Below, piece after piece: positions 50,396-64,000 of a stretch of 64,000 nucleotides of DNA (position 1 is the stretch's first letter; each line of letters opens with the position of its first letter). Position numbers and translations under genes: made by a program. This DNA comes from Camelus dromedarius (taxonomy: Eukaryota), in the NCBI RefSeq assembly GCF_036321535.1, contig NC_087437.1:25732001-25796000 (forward strand), in the 5' to 3' direction. Under the pieces are notes generated by a model, which had not been told where the DNA came from, ran no database searches, and saw nothing but the letters and a program-made list of their open reading frames with translations.

Positions 50396-51826
50396 CTAAA
50401 TATCCTCAGCTGGAACAACTGGACATTCACATACCAAGAAAATGATTCTAGACAAAGACCTTACACCCTTCACAAACATTAACTCAAAATGGATCATGGA
50501 CCTAAATGTAAAACACAAAACTATAAAACTCCTGGAAGATAACATAGGAGAAAATCTGGATGACCTTGGGTTTGGCAATGACTTTTGAGATACAGCACCA
50601 AGGACACAATCCATGAAAAAAAAAAATGATAAGCTAGACTTCATTAAAATTAAAAATTCCTGCTCTGGGAAAGACAGTGTTAACAGAATGGAAGCATAAG
50701 CCACAGTTGGGGAGAAAATATACTCAAATTGATATATCCAATAAAGAATTGTTATTCAAAATATATTTTTAAAACTCTTGAAACTAAACAATAAGAAAAC
50801 AAACCACCAAATTAATAAATGAGCCAAAGACCTTAACAGATACCTTACCAAATAAGATATACATATAGCAAATAAGCGTATGAAAAAAGATGTTTCACAT
50901 CATCTGTCATCAGGGAAATGAAAATTAAAACAACAATGAGACACCAATACACACTTATCAGAATGGCCAAGATCTAGAACACTGACAAAATCAAGTCCTG
51001 GTGAGCGTGTGGAGCAACAGGAACTCTCATTCATTCCTGGTCAAAGTACAAAAAGGTACATACACTTTAGAATGTATTTGGCAATTTCTTACAAAACTAA
51101 ATGTATTCTTACCATATGATCCAGCAATTGCTCCCCTTAGCTTTGATCCAAAGGAACTGGAAACTTACGTCCGCACAAAAACCAGCACATGGATGTTTAT
51201 AGCAGCATTATTCGTAATTGTCAAAACTTAGAAGCAGCCCAGATGTCTTTCAGTAGGTTAGTGGATAAATAATCTGTGGTATATCTAGACAATTGAATAT
51301 TATTCTGTATAAAAAGAAATGAGATACTGAGCCATGAAAATATATGGGAGAAACTTAAATGTATTTTACAAAGTGAAAGAAGACAGTCAGTCTAAAAAGG
51401 CTAGGTGACTCCAATTATATGACGTTCTAGAAAAGTCAAAACTATGGATATACTAAGAAGATTGCTAGGGTTTGGGGGAATGGAGGGATGAACAGGCAGA
51501 GAGCAGAGGAATTTTAGAGCAGTGAAACTATTCTGCCACAATACTACAATGGTGGATACATGTCATTATACATTTGTCCAAATCCATAGAATGTACCACA
51601 CCAAGAGTGAACCCCAATGTAAACTATAGACTTTGGAGGATAACAATGTGTCAGTGTAGGTTCATCAGTTGTAACAAATGTACCACTGTGGTGAATGATG
51701 TTGAGACTGGGGAGGTTGTGTATATGGAGGACAAAGGGTATATGGGAACTCTCTCTACTTTCTGTTCAATATTGCAGTGAATCTAAAATTGCTCTAAAAA
51801 GTTTATTAATATAGTAAAAAAAAAAA
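50396..51826 (+). mobile_element. L1MC-like LINE-1 (ORF2 3' part, 3'UTR, A tail)
   Basis: ctggaacaactggacattcac..aactcaaaatggatcatggacctaaatgtaaaac..; L1MC-type 3'UTR gtgaaccccaatgtaaactatagactttgg. Confidence 0.88.
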
Positions 51827-51840
51827 GTGAGGTAACACTT

Positions 51841-54800
51841 GTGCAGTTGAAAAGAATTTATATTCTGCTGCTTCTGGATGGAATATTCTACATTATCTAT
51901 TAAGTCCATTTGGTCTAATGTATTGTTTAAAGCCAGTGTTTCCTCATTCATTTTCTGTCTGGGTTATGTGTTCACTGATGTAAGTAGGGTGTTAAGGTTC
52001 CGTACTATTATTGAATTACTGTCAGTTTCTCCCTTTTTGTCTGCTAATACTTGCTTCATGTATTTAGGTGTTCTTATGTTGGATGCGTGTATGTTTACAA
52101 TTACTTTATCTTCTTGGATTGATCCCTTAATCATTATGTAATGTTCTTCTTAGTTTCTTATTACAGTTTTTGTTTTAAAGTCTAATTTCTCTGATATTGG
52201 TATTGCTACCCCAGCTTTCTTTTCACTTCCATTTGCATGGAATGTGTTTTTCCATCCACTCACTTTCAGAGTGTGTCTTTAGATCTGAGATGAGTCTCTT
52301 GTAGGCAGCACATATAGTGCTCTTGTTTTTGTATCCATTGAGCCACTCTGTCTTTTCACTGAAGCGTGTACTCCATTTACATTTAAAGTAATTATTGACA
52401 GGTATGTATTTATTGCCATTTTGTGAATTGGTTTTTGTGTTGTTTTTGTAAGTTTTTTTGTTCCTTCTTTTGTTCTCTTCAGTTGTGATTTAATGACTAT
52501 CTTAATGTGATGTTTGGATTCCTTTCTTTTTTCTCTCTGTGTGTCTATTATAGTTTTTTGGATTTGATTACTGTGAGGTATATGTACACACACACACACA
52601 CGTGCATTTCTACTCTCCCACCAACATTTGCTGGTTTAGATATCTTATTTTACATCATTTTGTTCTGTGTATCCCTTAACTACTTATTGTGGAGATAGAT
52701 GCTTTTACTACTTTTGTCTTCTAACCTTCCTATTAGCTTTATACATGGCTGATTTACTGCTTTTACTATATATTTGCTTTTTCCTTTTGTAATTTTAATC
52801 TTTCTAATTGTGGCCTTTCCTTTTTCACTCAGAGAAATCCCTTTAACATTTCTTGCAAAGCTGATTTGGTGGTGCTGAACTCTATTAGCTTTTGCTTGTC
52901 TATAAAGCTTTTGATTTCTCCATCAAATCTGAATGAGAGCCTTGCTGGGTAGAGTATTCTTGGTTGTAGATTTTTCCCTTTCATCACTTTAAATATATCA
53001 TGCCACCTGCTTCTGGCTTGCAGTTTCTACTGAAAAGTCAGCTCATGGCCTTATGGGAGTTCCCTTGTACGTAACTTTTTGCTTTTCCCTTACTGCTTTT
53101 AATATTCTCTCTTTATCCTTAATTTTTGTCATTTTAATTACAATATGGCTTGTTGTGGTCCTTTTTGAGTTGATCCTGTTGGAGACTTTCTTTGTTTCCT
53201 GGACCTGGATGTCCATTTCCTTTCCCAGGTTAGGGAAGTTTTCAGCTATTATGTCTTCAAATATGTTCTCTGACCCTGTCTTTCTCTCTTCTTTTGGGAT
53301 TGCTAAATTGTGAATGTTAGTATGCTTGATGTTGTCCCAGAGATCTCCTAAACTGTCCTCATTTCTTCTTATTCTTTTTCCTTCTTTTCTGTTCAGCTTC
53401 AGTGATTTCCACTACTCTGTCTTCCAGCTTCCTGATCCATTCCTTAGTATCATCTAATCTACTGTTTATTCCTTCCAGTGAGCATTGTACTTCAGTTATT
53501 GTATTCTTCATCTCTCTTGGTTCTTCTTTATATCTTCTAACACTGTTAAACTTCTCACTGTGTTCACTCATTTTTCCCCCAAGTTCTTTGAGCATCTTTA
53601 CAATCATTACCTTAAACTCTTTATCAAGTAGATTGCCTATCTCCACTTCATCTAGTTCTTCTTCTGAGGTTTATTTTGTTCCTTCATTTGGAATATATTC
53701 CTCTGTCACCTCATCTTGCCTAATTTGCTGCTTTTATTTATATGTATGTGGTAGGTTGGTTATATTTCTCAACCTTGGAGAGGTGGCCTTTGTAGGAGAC
53801 ATCCTATGTGACCCAGCAACACTCTCCTCTGGTCACCAGAGCTATGTGCTCTAGGAGTGCCCTTTATTGGCGTCTTTCTGTTGTGGCAGGCTGACTACTG
53901 TGGGTAGTCTGAAAGTCATGGCTGGCCTTCAGTCCAGTTGGTTGCTATACCCTACTTTGTATGGAAGCTTCTGGTTGCTGGTATGTGGAGCTGGATCCCA
54001 GGGCCACTGACTGAGGAGCTGTGATGTTCCTGGGGCTGGTGCCCACCCACTGGTGGGTGATACCAGGTCCTGGCTGCAGGACCCTAGAGGTCCAGGGGTT
54101 AGTGCTAGTGCATTGGTGTACAGGGCCAGGTCCTGGGCCCTCTACTGGACAGGGTTGGGTCTCAGAGTGGCTGTGGGCTTAGGAGGTCTTAGGGTAGGGG
54201 CCTGGTAGCGGCTGGGGCTAGTTCTCTGCCTGACTAGTTGCTTGGCCTGAGATGTCCCGGTACTGGGGCTCTCAGACTGGTGGAGCTGGGTCCCAGCACT
54301 AATAAGCTAGAGGGAGGATTCTAAAATGATGCTTGCCAGCACCAGTGTCCTTGTGGTAGAACCAGCTCCCCCAAATGGCTGCCGCCAGCGTCTATGTCCC
54401 TAGGACAAGCCTCAGCTGCCTTCTGCCTCTCCAGGAGGGTCTCCAAGATCAGCAGGTGGATCTGACCAAGGCTCCTCTCAAATTGCTGCTTCCTGCCTGG
54501 GTCCCTGAGCATGTGAAATTTTGTGCACCCTTTAAGTGTGGAGTCTAATACAAATGGCCAATAGGCACATGAAAAAATGCTCAATATCACTATCAGAGAA
54601 ATGCAAATCAAAACAATGAGGAATCACCTCACACCAGTCAGAATGGCCATCATTAAAAAGTCCACAAACAATAAATGCTGGAGAGAGTGTGCAGAAAAGG
54701 GAACCCTCCTACACTCTTGGTGGGAATATAGTTTGGTGCAGCCATTATAGAAAACAGTATGGAGATTCCTCAAAAAACTAAAAATAGGCTTACCATATGA

Positions 54801-55865
54801 TCCAGCAATCCTGGGCATATATCCAGAGGAAACTCTAATTCACAAAGATACATGTACCCTCAATGTTGATAGCAGCACTATTTACAATAGCCAAGACATG
54901 GAAGCAATCTAAATGTCCATAGACAGATGACTGGATAAAGAAGCGGTGGTATATTTATACAATGGAATACTACTCAGCCATTTAAAAAAAAGAATAATAA
55001 TGCCATTTGCAGCAACATGGATGGGCCTGGAGATCTTCCTTCTAAGTGAAGTAAGCCAGAAAGAGAAAGAAAAATACCATGTGATATCACTCATATGTGG
55101 AATCTTAAAAAAAAAAAAAAAAAGACACAAATGAATTTACTTATAAAACAGAAACAGACTCACAGACATAAAAAAAAACAAACTTATGGTTACCAGTAGG
55201 GAAAGGGAGTGAGAAGGGATAAATTAGGAGTTTGAGATTTGCAGATACTAACTACTGTATATAAAATAGATATAGAACAAGTTTCTTCTGTATAGCATGG
55301 GGAACTATATTCAATCTTGTAGTAACCCATAATGAAGAATATGAAAAGGAATATCTGTATGTATATGTATGACTGAAACATTATGCTGTACACCAGAAAT
55401 TGACACAACATTGTAAACTGACTATACTTCAATAAAAAAAATTTTTTTTTAAACAGTAGGGTCTAATTCCCACAGCCCTCTGGCTCTCCTCAAGGTAAGT
55501 AAGTCCCACTGACCTTCAAAGCCAAATGTTCTGCTTGCTTGTCTTCCTGGTACAGAACCTCTGGGCTGGGAAGCTCAATGTGGGGCTCAGATCAGTTGCC
55601 TTGTGTGGAGAACCTCTGCAGTTGTAATTACCCTCCTGTTTGTGGGTTGCCCATTCAGGGGTGTGGATCTGGACTATATACCATGTCTCCATCCCTCCTA
55701 CTTGGTTGTGGTTCCTTCTTTATCTTTTTAGTCGTAGGAGATCTTTTCTGCTGGTCTTCCAGTTTTTCTTTTCAATAATTTCTCTATAAATAGTTGTGAT
55801 ATTGGTGTGCCCATGTTAGGAGGTGAGCTCAGAGTCTTCCTACTCCACCAGCTTGGCCACTCCCT
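51841..55865 (-). mobile_element. L1 with complete 5'UTR, ORF1 and only the endonuclease start of ORF2 (3'-truncated); interrupted by a younger L1
   Basis: 5' start gggagtggccaagctggtggagtaggaagactctgagctcacctcc; ORF1p coiled-coil remnant EIGNLLDKEFKVMIVKML..SLEGINSRLDD..LEDRVVEITEAEQK (ORF 53359-53646); ORF2 start MAINTYLSIITLNVNG (in ORF 52279-52599). Confidence 0.9.
54550..55455 (+). mobile_element. Younger cetartiodactyl/camelid-type L1 3' end nested in the 5'UTR of the antisense L1
   Basis: caaatggccaataggcacatgaaaaaatgctcaatatcact..cattgtaaactgactatacttcaataaaaaaa; TSD gtggagtctaat (54538-54549) / gtagggtctaat (55456-55467). Confidence 0.9.
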
Positions 55866-58800
55866 TGCAGGGTACCACTTAACAAGATGCATGGGTTATT
55901 TCTATTTGCATAAAAATGGGGAGTGGTTCTTATATGTGCATGAAATGGTTCCGTGTAGAAAGTAGGACAGGGGTTGGAAGATTTTTCACCATAAACTTTT
56001 TATGCTTATTTTGGACTATTAAAAAAATTATCTATTCAAAAGTGAAGTAAAATAATTAAAAATACATTTATAATAATAAATAACCTATTCTGTCCCTTTC
56101 TTACAGTCAGTTAAAAAATCCATTTCAGTATTGAAATACTGCTCTAGTTATCTATTTTCATATTTTTTTAAACTGAGACAATTACACAGTGTTCTATTTA
56201 TTTTAGCCCTGCCCAACTTTCAATCTTTTTGAAATCAATAAAAATATAAAGAAAATCCTATAAAATCTCCAAAATGGAAAAATCAAATCTTTAAAGAATA
56301 TGGATTCCTGTATTAACCTCTGCCTTCCTTTTTCTTCTTTTCCTTATTTAAACTTCACCTTAAACATTAACCAGTAGTCTTGATTATTTACCTGCCATTT
56401 AAGACCTTAACTTTTAAGTCTCCAATCCAGAAGATTCTGCAGGCAGGGAACATTTCATGCTGTCTGTGTCACGGGTGTGTCAGAAACACCCAGCTGTCCC
56501 TACCAGCTGAGTATATTCCTTGGGAACTGCTAGCCGCAGGGCCTCTGTTCCTTTAAAGCAGTTTTTCTCCTGACCTCAAAAAGCATCAAAACACCTTTTC
56601 TAGACAGTTACTATTTCTTTCAGAGCCTATTTGTCTTTCAGAACTTATTTGTCTAGGAGGTCTGTCAGACAGATTACTAGAACCGTTACGTTTGATAAAA
56701 GCTATTCTTCTGCTGGTCTCTGGGGGGTCTGGTCCCTTTCTTACAGACATCCCTTTGTGACTTTCACATACAGTGGCCACACAGTTTCTTGATGAATTTG
56801 AATTTGATTCTAGCTTAACACGCCAGAATCATAAGGGAGGATCACTTCAGGGCAGGTGGCTGGGCAGCTCTGCCTCGTCTCCCTTTGGGAGAGCCCACTT
56901 GCCTCCAGAAAGGGCTGCCCTCAGCTGACACCAGCAGAACTTGCCAAAGAGTTCACATGCTAATTTCCTGATAGGCCCAGCAAGGTTAGATAGTATCACC
57001 TCTCCTAAGCTTTTGGCCAGGCCAGCAGCCGGCTGAGTCCTAATGATGTACCATGACAGAAGTGTTTGGGCTGCAGTCCCCTGTTTGGCAGTGGAGCAAC
57101 GTAGTATCAAATTCTGGTGACGGCTTTTTGCTCTGTAGTATTCAAGGAAGATCCTGGGCTGCAGAAGGGGTTTTCCTGATGCAAACTGACAGAGAAAAAT
57201 CTTCAGCTCAAGGTCAGTCCATGCTGCATGGAGTCAGCGTACCTACAAATCCTTAAACTATTGATTGCAGTTGTTTCCGGAATAGAGATGTTAGGAGACT
57301 GTGAGTCCGAAATCCTTACCAGTAAAGGTTAACAACGTGGGTGGTTTAGCAAATGGTTAAGGCTGTTTAAATCCAAATCAAAAATTATCTCCATCATCCA
57401 ACAGAGCCAAATCTGAAATATTTGGGGAAACAAACATTGTATCTGGTCATAACAAACTTGAAAGTTCATCAGAAGGAAAAGTGAAAGCACCAGATACGTG
57501 TCTTTAAGAGCCATGTAATTAGAACCAGAAGTGAGTTAGTATTTTATAGCTCAAGGACCATGTCGATCTATGCAGAATAGTAAAAAGTCACTTGGTCTCA
57601 CCTTAATGGAAAAAAAGTGCTTAAAATATGTATTTGGGAAAAAACTTAAATTTCCCTTAAAAAGCTTAAGTACCAGGACTGAGGAAATTTCTACTTCTAC
57701 ATAAACACCTTTTCAATTTACAAATGGCCACAACAGCACTAGGTATTCATGGTTTCAAGAATTATAGGTTCCTATAATTGCTCTATGTGCGAAATAGTGA
57801 TGCATCTATCAATGCGCCTTCTGAAAACATGTTGCTTTATTAAGAAGCCTATTTTCAAAAATCTTCAGTAATCATTTCAAGCAAAATGATATGTACTCAT
57901 GCATGACAAAAATACCTCTGGGCAGAGTCTATTTACTGGCTCATAAAAGGCATATTCACGCCTTGAAGGTAAACAATTTCTTGACCTCTCAGTTTCATCA
58001 TTTTTGTCTGCAAAAGGGAGCTAGTAATATCTCCGGCCCAGGGCTGTTGGAAAGATTGAGATCATACGTGCACTTCTTACCCCTTACTGTGCCTGATACT
58101 CAATTTGCTCTCAAAGTAAGTGTCTCTCTTCCTTCAACCAGAACTTCTTTTTCTCTCTCATTGTCGGTGAAATATTTTGTCCTCCATAAGAAGACTTTTA
58201 GACAGGTGGGGCTATTTCAGGAGTTTAGGACATTCCAAGAAATCATCAAGCCTTTGTTCAGAGAGCCCTCCCTGGAATCAGGAGTAAGTGGCCGAATCTA
58301 TTCTAGGAGCTGCTTGGGAATTTCTGGGAGGGAAGTAACATATGTCCTCTGACACCAGCTTTTCAGGACCCGGTGCTATCTTTGCACTTTTTCATTCCCA
58401 CCCCCACTCCTTCTCTGCCTGCCCATGGGCTAGAGGCCTCTCTCAGCCTTCCTCTCACATTCATCCATCTTCTACTTTCTGCCTCTTTCTCTCTTAGAGA
58501 CTCTTCTTCAAAAATCCAATGCCCCCTTTTTTCCTTTCTATCAAAAGGAGAAGCAGATGGTGGGAGCTTATTGACATACTGCCTGCCTACGTTGGCAATG
58601 AGTATCTCTGAGGGCCTACATTCTGGGGAATGTTTTGCCTCCCACTTAAATTTCAGTGAGGCAGCACAGCTTAAGAGGCCCAGACTCACTACTCTTTACT
58701 AAAATGACCCTGAGCAATCTTCTAACTTCTCCAAGTCTCAGTTACATCACCTGAAATATAGGGACAATAATTCTGCATGAACTAAAGAAAGTCATTTTCA

Positions 58801-59519
58801 CCTCATGGAAAAGAAAAAAATAGTGCAAAACAAAACAAAAAATAAAACTCTTTTTTGTTTTCAAACATTGTGCTCAATAGACATCCCTCAACCTCACTCT
58901 CACCTTAGAGGTTCGAGGCTGAGACTGAACTCAGAGATGCGGAGAGCTTGAGGGACGGGGTGTAGTTCAGTGATGTGAAGAGGGTTCAGGTTGGATAGGG
59001 GTACTTGTTGCAGCCTTTAGGGTTTTATTTAAGCTGGAAGCTTAATTTTTTTTTTTTTAAAGAAGAATTAAACTGTTGCTAGAGTCCCAGTGGCCTTGTG
59101 AAAATATCATGTATCCAGCTGGGTTACCTGATGGGCTGTTTTGAGGACCGAATTGTGCCATTCACAAGACAGTACTTCCTATAATATATATGTTGTGACC
59201 TTGTGGTTTGACAAGGTTCTTTCTCCATGTTTTCTGCTCTTTAGGCAAAACTCCTGTAGTTGATAGATCACAAAGACTTCAGATTGTAATGAACCACGGG
59301 GTCATGTTTTCTAATCCTTCTCAAATGAGGCCCTGAGTATACACATGCTGGACAAGTAGAAGCAGATGGCACTGATGTGCTTAAAAAATGTAATTCTCTG
59401 GTAATACACATGGGGACTTAGGTTCCCTTCTCTCTCACCGTACCATGAGTGGACATAAGGTCATCCTAAGACATAATCAATTTGTATAAAAACAATAACC
59501 TCCATTTTTCATCATTGTA

Positions 59520-60040
59520 GCCAACATTGGCAGTGAACTTTGAAAGTTAACTGCCATTCCTATAAAGTTAAATATACCATACTATACAACGCAGCAATCT
59601 CACTCCTTGTACTTGAATATTCATGGAAGCTTTATTCATAAAACCCAAGTAGAAGCAACTCCAATATCCATCTGCTGAATGGATAAATACATTGTGGTGT
59701 ATGCATACAAAAGAATTCTACTCAGGAACAGAAAGCAATGAACCACTGATACTCAACAACATGAATAAATCTCAGAAGCATTATGCTAAGTAAAAGAAGC
59801 CAGACACGAAAGCATACATACCGTATGAATGCATTTATTTGAAATTCTAGAAAAGGTAAATGTATATGAACAGAAATCAGATCTGGGATGGGATTGACCA
59901 CAAATATACAGAAGGGAAGTGTGGGGGATAATTGTGGTGATAGTTATACAACTGTATATATTTGTCAAAGTTCATCGAATTATATCCTTTTAAAAAGTGA
60001 AATCACTGTATATAAATTATGCCCTGATAAGGAATTTTAA
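59520..60040 (+). mobile_element. Old L1 (L1ME-like) 3' end
   Basis: aatggataaatacattgtggtgtatgcatacaa..caacatgaataaatctcagaagcattatgctaagtaaaagaagccagacac. Confidence 0.75.
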
Positions 60041-60113
60041 GGAAAAGGTAATTGTCAAAGAGATTCTCTTAATTTTCAGTCTTATAATAGTTAATTTAAA
60101 TTATTTAACTCAC

Positions 60114-60168
60114 TAGCTAAAAGATAACAAATATGGTAGCTAAAAGATAACAAATATGATAACTAAAA
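60114..60168. repeat. Tandem repeat, 23-bp unit tagctaaaagataacaaatatg(g/a), about 2.4 copies
   Basis: Directly visible. Confidence 0.9.
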
Positions 60169-61064
60169 CTTGAAAGGTGAAAATATTTGAAATGTTCAAG
60201 AGTTGAAGAACCTGGATAACTTTATCCCTCCTATTTGGCCACATTCATATTGTTATTATATTATATTACTGGTAGAATAAATAATAAAAGTAAGATTGAA
60301 AAATCAAGCAATTACTTTGTCTTTTTAAGATTTTAAACTAATTACAGAAGGTTATTCCCATCTGGATCAGTTAGCCCTGTCTCTCTAATTTATGAAATTT
60401 TCATTTTACTGACGACTCACTACAAAAACCTCCAGAGTCACCCAGATTGAGCTGAAATTTCATCTTCTGTGCTCTACTCCCACTAGAAACCTCTGATCAC
60501 TTAATTATTTACTAATTAATTCCACATTCCTTCCCCAATTCCAAAGGATCTCAAGTAACTTCATAAACAAGTCAGGCAGGATAATAATGGGGAAAAAAGT
60601 TAAAGCACAAATAAATGCAGGATGGAGAGCCTAAATAACTACTCAAAGCAGTTGCAAATTTTGCTCTAAGCCTCTAAGTGGCTTTAAAAAGAAAAAAGAG
60701 GGAAACGTGTTGAGGTAAGACTCAAAATGTCTATAAGAAAAAAACGAAATACTAAGGAGTGCAACATTCTTTCTGATACCAAGACCAATGTGAAAATTTC
60801 CCCATGGATCCTCTGAAAGAGGAAATTGTGTAACAAAGCAGACATCTTCAACAGTCCACAGGAAAAGCCACAACAGTGGGTCTTCTGTGGAATTCCTTAG
60901 TGAGTTTACTTAAAGCCACAGAAAAAGTCAAGAAGATAATGCCACTCTAAGGAGGAGAACATGGTTTCTGGGGGGACAGTGTAGCAGGGGAGAGTTACTT
61001 TTCACCATACACAAATTATTCTGCAACTTTTGAGTAGGGCACAACGTTCACACATTGCCAAACA

Positions 61065-61265
61065 GTGGTTAGTGTACAGACTGGAGAGGTAGGTCACCTG
61101 GCTCAAATCCCGGCTCTGAAATTTACTACCTGCATAATGTTGGGCAAGCTCTGTGCCTCACCTCTAAAGTGGGAATTAGAGAGTACTTCATTCGATTGTT
61201 GGGGAGATGAGTTAATATGTATAAGAAGCTTAGCATCAGGTATGTGTCAGCTATTACTAATAATA
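61065..61265 (+). mobile_element. MIR SINE
   Basis: cctggctcaaatcccggctctgaaatttactacctgcataatgttgggcaag..atgagttaatatgtataag. Confidence 0.7.
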
Positions 61266-61459
61266 ATGCCAAAGTACAGTTTTATAAAGGTTGTCCTGTG
61301 ATGGGACAAAATGTTGTTCATGTATAAAGCTCAATGATATTCAGATTTTAATGGAAAATATAGATTTAGAGTATCTAGTGGATATGAAAATCAGCTGTCA
61401 TGTCTGGTTTCTGCAGCTAACAAGCCTGATTTGTTTGAGTTTTGTTGTGTTTTAAAAGG

Positions 61460-63155
61460 CAATAAAATACTAAACATTGTTGAAAGAAAGGAGAGATTTT
61501 AGTAAATGAAAAGACATCCCATGTTCATGGATCAGAAGGCTTAAACTGTTAAGTTATTAATACTCCTCAAATTGATCTACAAATTCAATGCAATCCTATC
61601 AAAATCTCAGCTTCCTTTACTGCAGAAATTAGTAAACTGATCCTAAAATTCGTATGGAAATATAAGGGACCCAGAATAGCCAAAACAATCTTGAAACAAG
61701 ATTAAAAAATAGAGAACTCACTCTTCGCAATTCCAAATTAATACAGAACTGCAGAAATCAAGACAGTGTGGAACTAGCATTAGTATAGACATATATATGA
61801 ATGGGATAGAATTGAGTCCGGAAATAGAATTGTCACATTTATAGTCAACTGATTTTCAACAAAGGTTCCAAGACAATTCAATGGGGAAACAAAAGTGTTT
61901 TCAACAAGTGGTACTGGGACAACTCAATATTCACATGCAGAAGAAAGAAGCTGTATCTCTATTTCACACCACACACAAAAATTAACTCTAAATGGATTAC
62001 AGACCTAAATTTAAGAATTGAACGTACAAAACTCTTAGAAGAAAACATAAGAGTAAATCTTCATGACTTTGGGTTAGGCAATGGTTTCTTAGATATAACA
62101 CCAAAAACATAAATAAAAAAGAAAAATAAATAAATCTGACTATGAAGAAATGTAAAACTTTTGTGCTGCAAAATGCACTAAGTGGAAAGTCAACCCACAG
62201 AATGGGAGGATATATTTGCAAATCATATCTATATGCATATCATGTATATCTGATAAGGGACCTGTATCCAGAATATATGAAGAACTCTTCCAACTTAGTA
62301 ATAAAAAACCAACTCAGTTAAAAAATGAGTAAAGTGTTTGAACAGACATTTCTCCAAAGAAAATATTCAAATGGCCAATAAGCACATGAAAAATGTTCAA
62401 CATCACTAGTCATTAGGGAAATGCAAGTCAAAACCACAACGAGATACCACTCCAAACCTATTAGGATAGCTATAATAAAAAAGACAATAACAAGTATTGG
62501 CTAAGACGTAAAGAAATTGGAACCCTCGTACTAGTGGGGATGCAAAGTGATACTTAAAACTTTGGAAAACAGCCTGGCAGTTCTTGAAATGGTAAACACA
62601 GAGTTACCATATGATCTAGCAAATCTACTCTTGATATATATCCAGGAGAAAGGAAAACATATATTCACGCAAAAACTTGGAATCTAATATTCACAGCAGC
62701 GTTATTCATAATAGCTAAACAGTGGAAACTATCCAAAAGTCTGCCAACATATTTATCTATGAAATGGATAACTAAGATGTGATATATCCATATAATGAAA
62801 TATTCAGCCATAAAAAGGAATGAAATACTGATGCATGCCACAACATGGAAGAACCATGAAAACATTTTGCCAAGTGAAAGAAGCCAGTTACAAAAGACTA
62901 CATATACGCAAATCTCTATAGACAAATCTGCAGAGACAGAAGGAAGATTAGCAGTTGGCTAAGGGCTGAGGGAAAAGGAGAGAACAAGGAGTTCTAATGG
63001 GTACAGGTTTCTTTTTGGGTGATGAAAATAGTCTAAGCTTAGACTGTGGTGATCTTTGCACAACTCTTGTGAATATACTAAAAACCACTTAATCGTGTTC
63101 TTTAAATGGTTCACTTTAAATTGTATACTTTTCATAGTATGTGAATCCTATCTCA
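61460..63155 (+). mobile_element. L1MB-like LINE-1 (ORF2 3' half and 3'UTR)
   Basis: aagacatcccatgttcatggatcagaag..agggacccagaatagccaaaacaatcttg..ctaatgggtacaggtttctttttgggtgatgaaaat. Confidence 0.88.
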
Positions 63156-63954
63156 GAAGATTTTTTTTTGAAGGCAATGTAACTAGTCGCCAGGCCTTTG
63201 CAATTTGTAGACTTTTGGCCTCACAGGATAATCTTTCTTGAAACTAAGCTTCCAATTAGAAATGGACAGGGTTGTGGTCACTGACAACAATTCTGGGTAT
63301 GAATTTTGTGAGTTATCAATTAAGGGCAAAGTTTTAAGTAGTTAGTTATCTAGTTAGTTCCTGTGTCTGGCCAGATGTGGGACATCTATTTCATGGACAG
63401 TCTGTGGGAACCATTTGTGTCTTAGGCCAGCAGCTTGCCCTCTGCTTTGGAATATATTTCTAGGTCAGTTGCTTCGACCACCAATTAGTATGTGTGCTCA
63501 AGGGAATGCAAACTGATTTCAGCACTATCTTAAGCAAAACATAATTAGGAAGGTAAGTATCCTGCCAAAAAATTATGTAATGCATTCCAAAGCCAGCTAA
63601 AAATTAATTTGAACCAACCAGGCTGCATGTACGCATTTAGCATAGATTTAAGTGGCTAGTAGTTATATGTACTCATGCAGAGTACAGATTTTCTTTTTAA
63701 ATTAAATCTTTCTTTTAGGAATCAGAAATCCTGCCAGTTTAAATTTCACAGGAAAAAATAAACAAATGAGTCTTAAACATTTGTCTCACTACAACGTGCA
63801 TGTCATCTACTACCGCAAAGCCTTATAGTCCAGAATGTTCGAATACCTTGCTATTCAAAGTTGGTCCACAACCTGAAATCCTCCAAGACCACTAAGTCAG
63901 AATCTGCATTTTTATATTTTAACAAAATCCCCAGGCAATTTGTGGGCACATTAA

Positions 63955-64000
63955 AATTTTTTTTATTGAAGTATATTTGATATACGATGTTGTGTTACTT
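63955..64000 (-). mobile_element. Start of an antisense L1 3' end running off the window
   Basis: ttttttattgaagtatatttgatatacgatgttgtgtta. Confidence 0.7.

Noticed and set aside
53359..53646. 95-aa coiled-coil ORF as a host gene
   Set aside because: It is a fragment of L1 ORF1p inside a disrupted element.
60480..60900. Possible ancient L4/RTE-X LINE remnant
   Set aside because: Resemblance too faint to call by eye; needs a Dfam HMM search.
1..64000. Prokaryotic-type systems (CRISPR arrays, operons, defence loci)
   Set aside because: No regularly spaced repeat-spacer array or gene-dense region; the window is mammalian repeat-rich DNA throughout.

Overview
Mammalian, repeat-rich genomic DNA with no intact protein-coding exon that I can recognise, so it is probably intergenic or deep intronic. 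It is most likely camelid, because a Vic-1-type tRNA-derived SINE lies at ~30.8 kb together with young cetartiodactyl/camelid-type L1 3' ends. Almost all ORFs in the supplied track are spurious or L1-derived. The notable structure is a ~2.4 kb composite retro-insertion at ~362-2765, embedded in the 5' end of an old L1MD element. It reads [inverted L1 3'UTR piece] + [METAP1D processed pseudogene, +, 3'-truncated] + [MIER2 processed pseudogene, -, 5'-truncated] + [the continuing L1 3'UTR piece, +, decayed tail]. The MIER2 part is dead as a coding sequence but forms a dense CpG island with NRF1, ETS, GC-box and E-box motifs and apparent AT->GC-biased substitutions, which makes it a candidate de novo promoter. 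The rest of the window holds L1/L2/MIR/CR1, MaLR and ERV1 solo LTRs, hAT and Tigger MITEs, several nested or twin-primed L1 insertions with TSDs, two strong divergently oriented CTCF motifs, and repeat-poor candidate enhancer blocks. All gene and repeat identifications were made by eye against remembered sequences; no database search was run, and subfamily names and boundaries are approximate.
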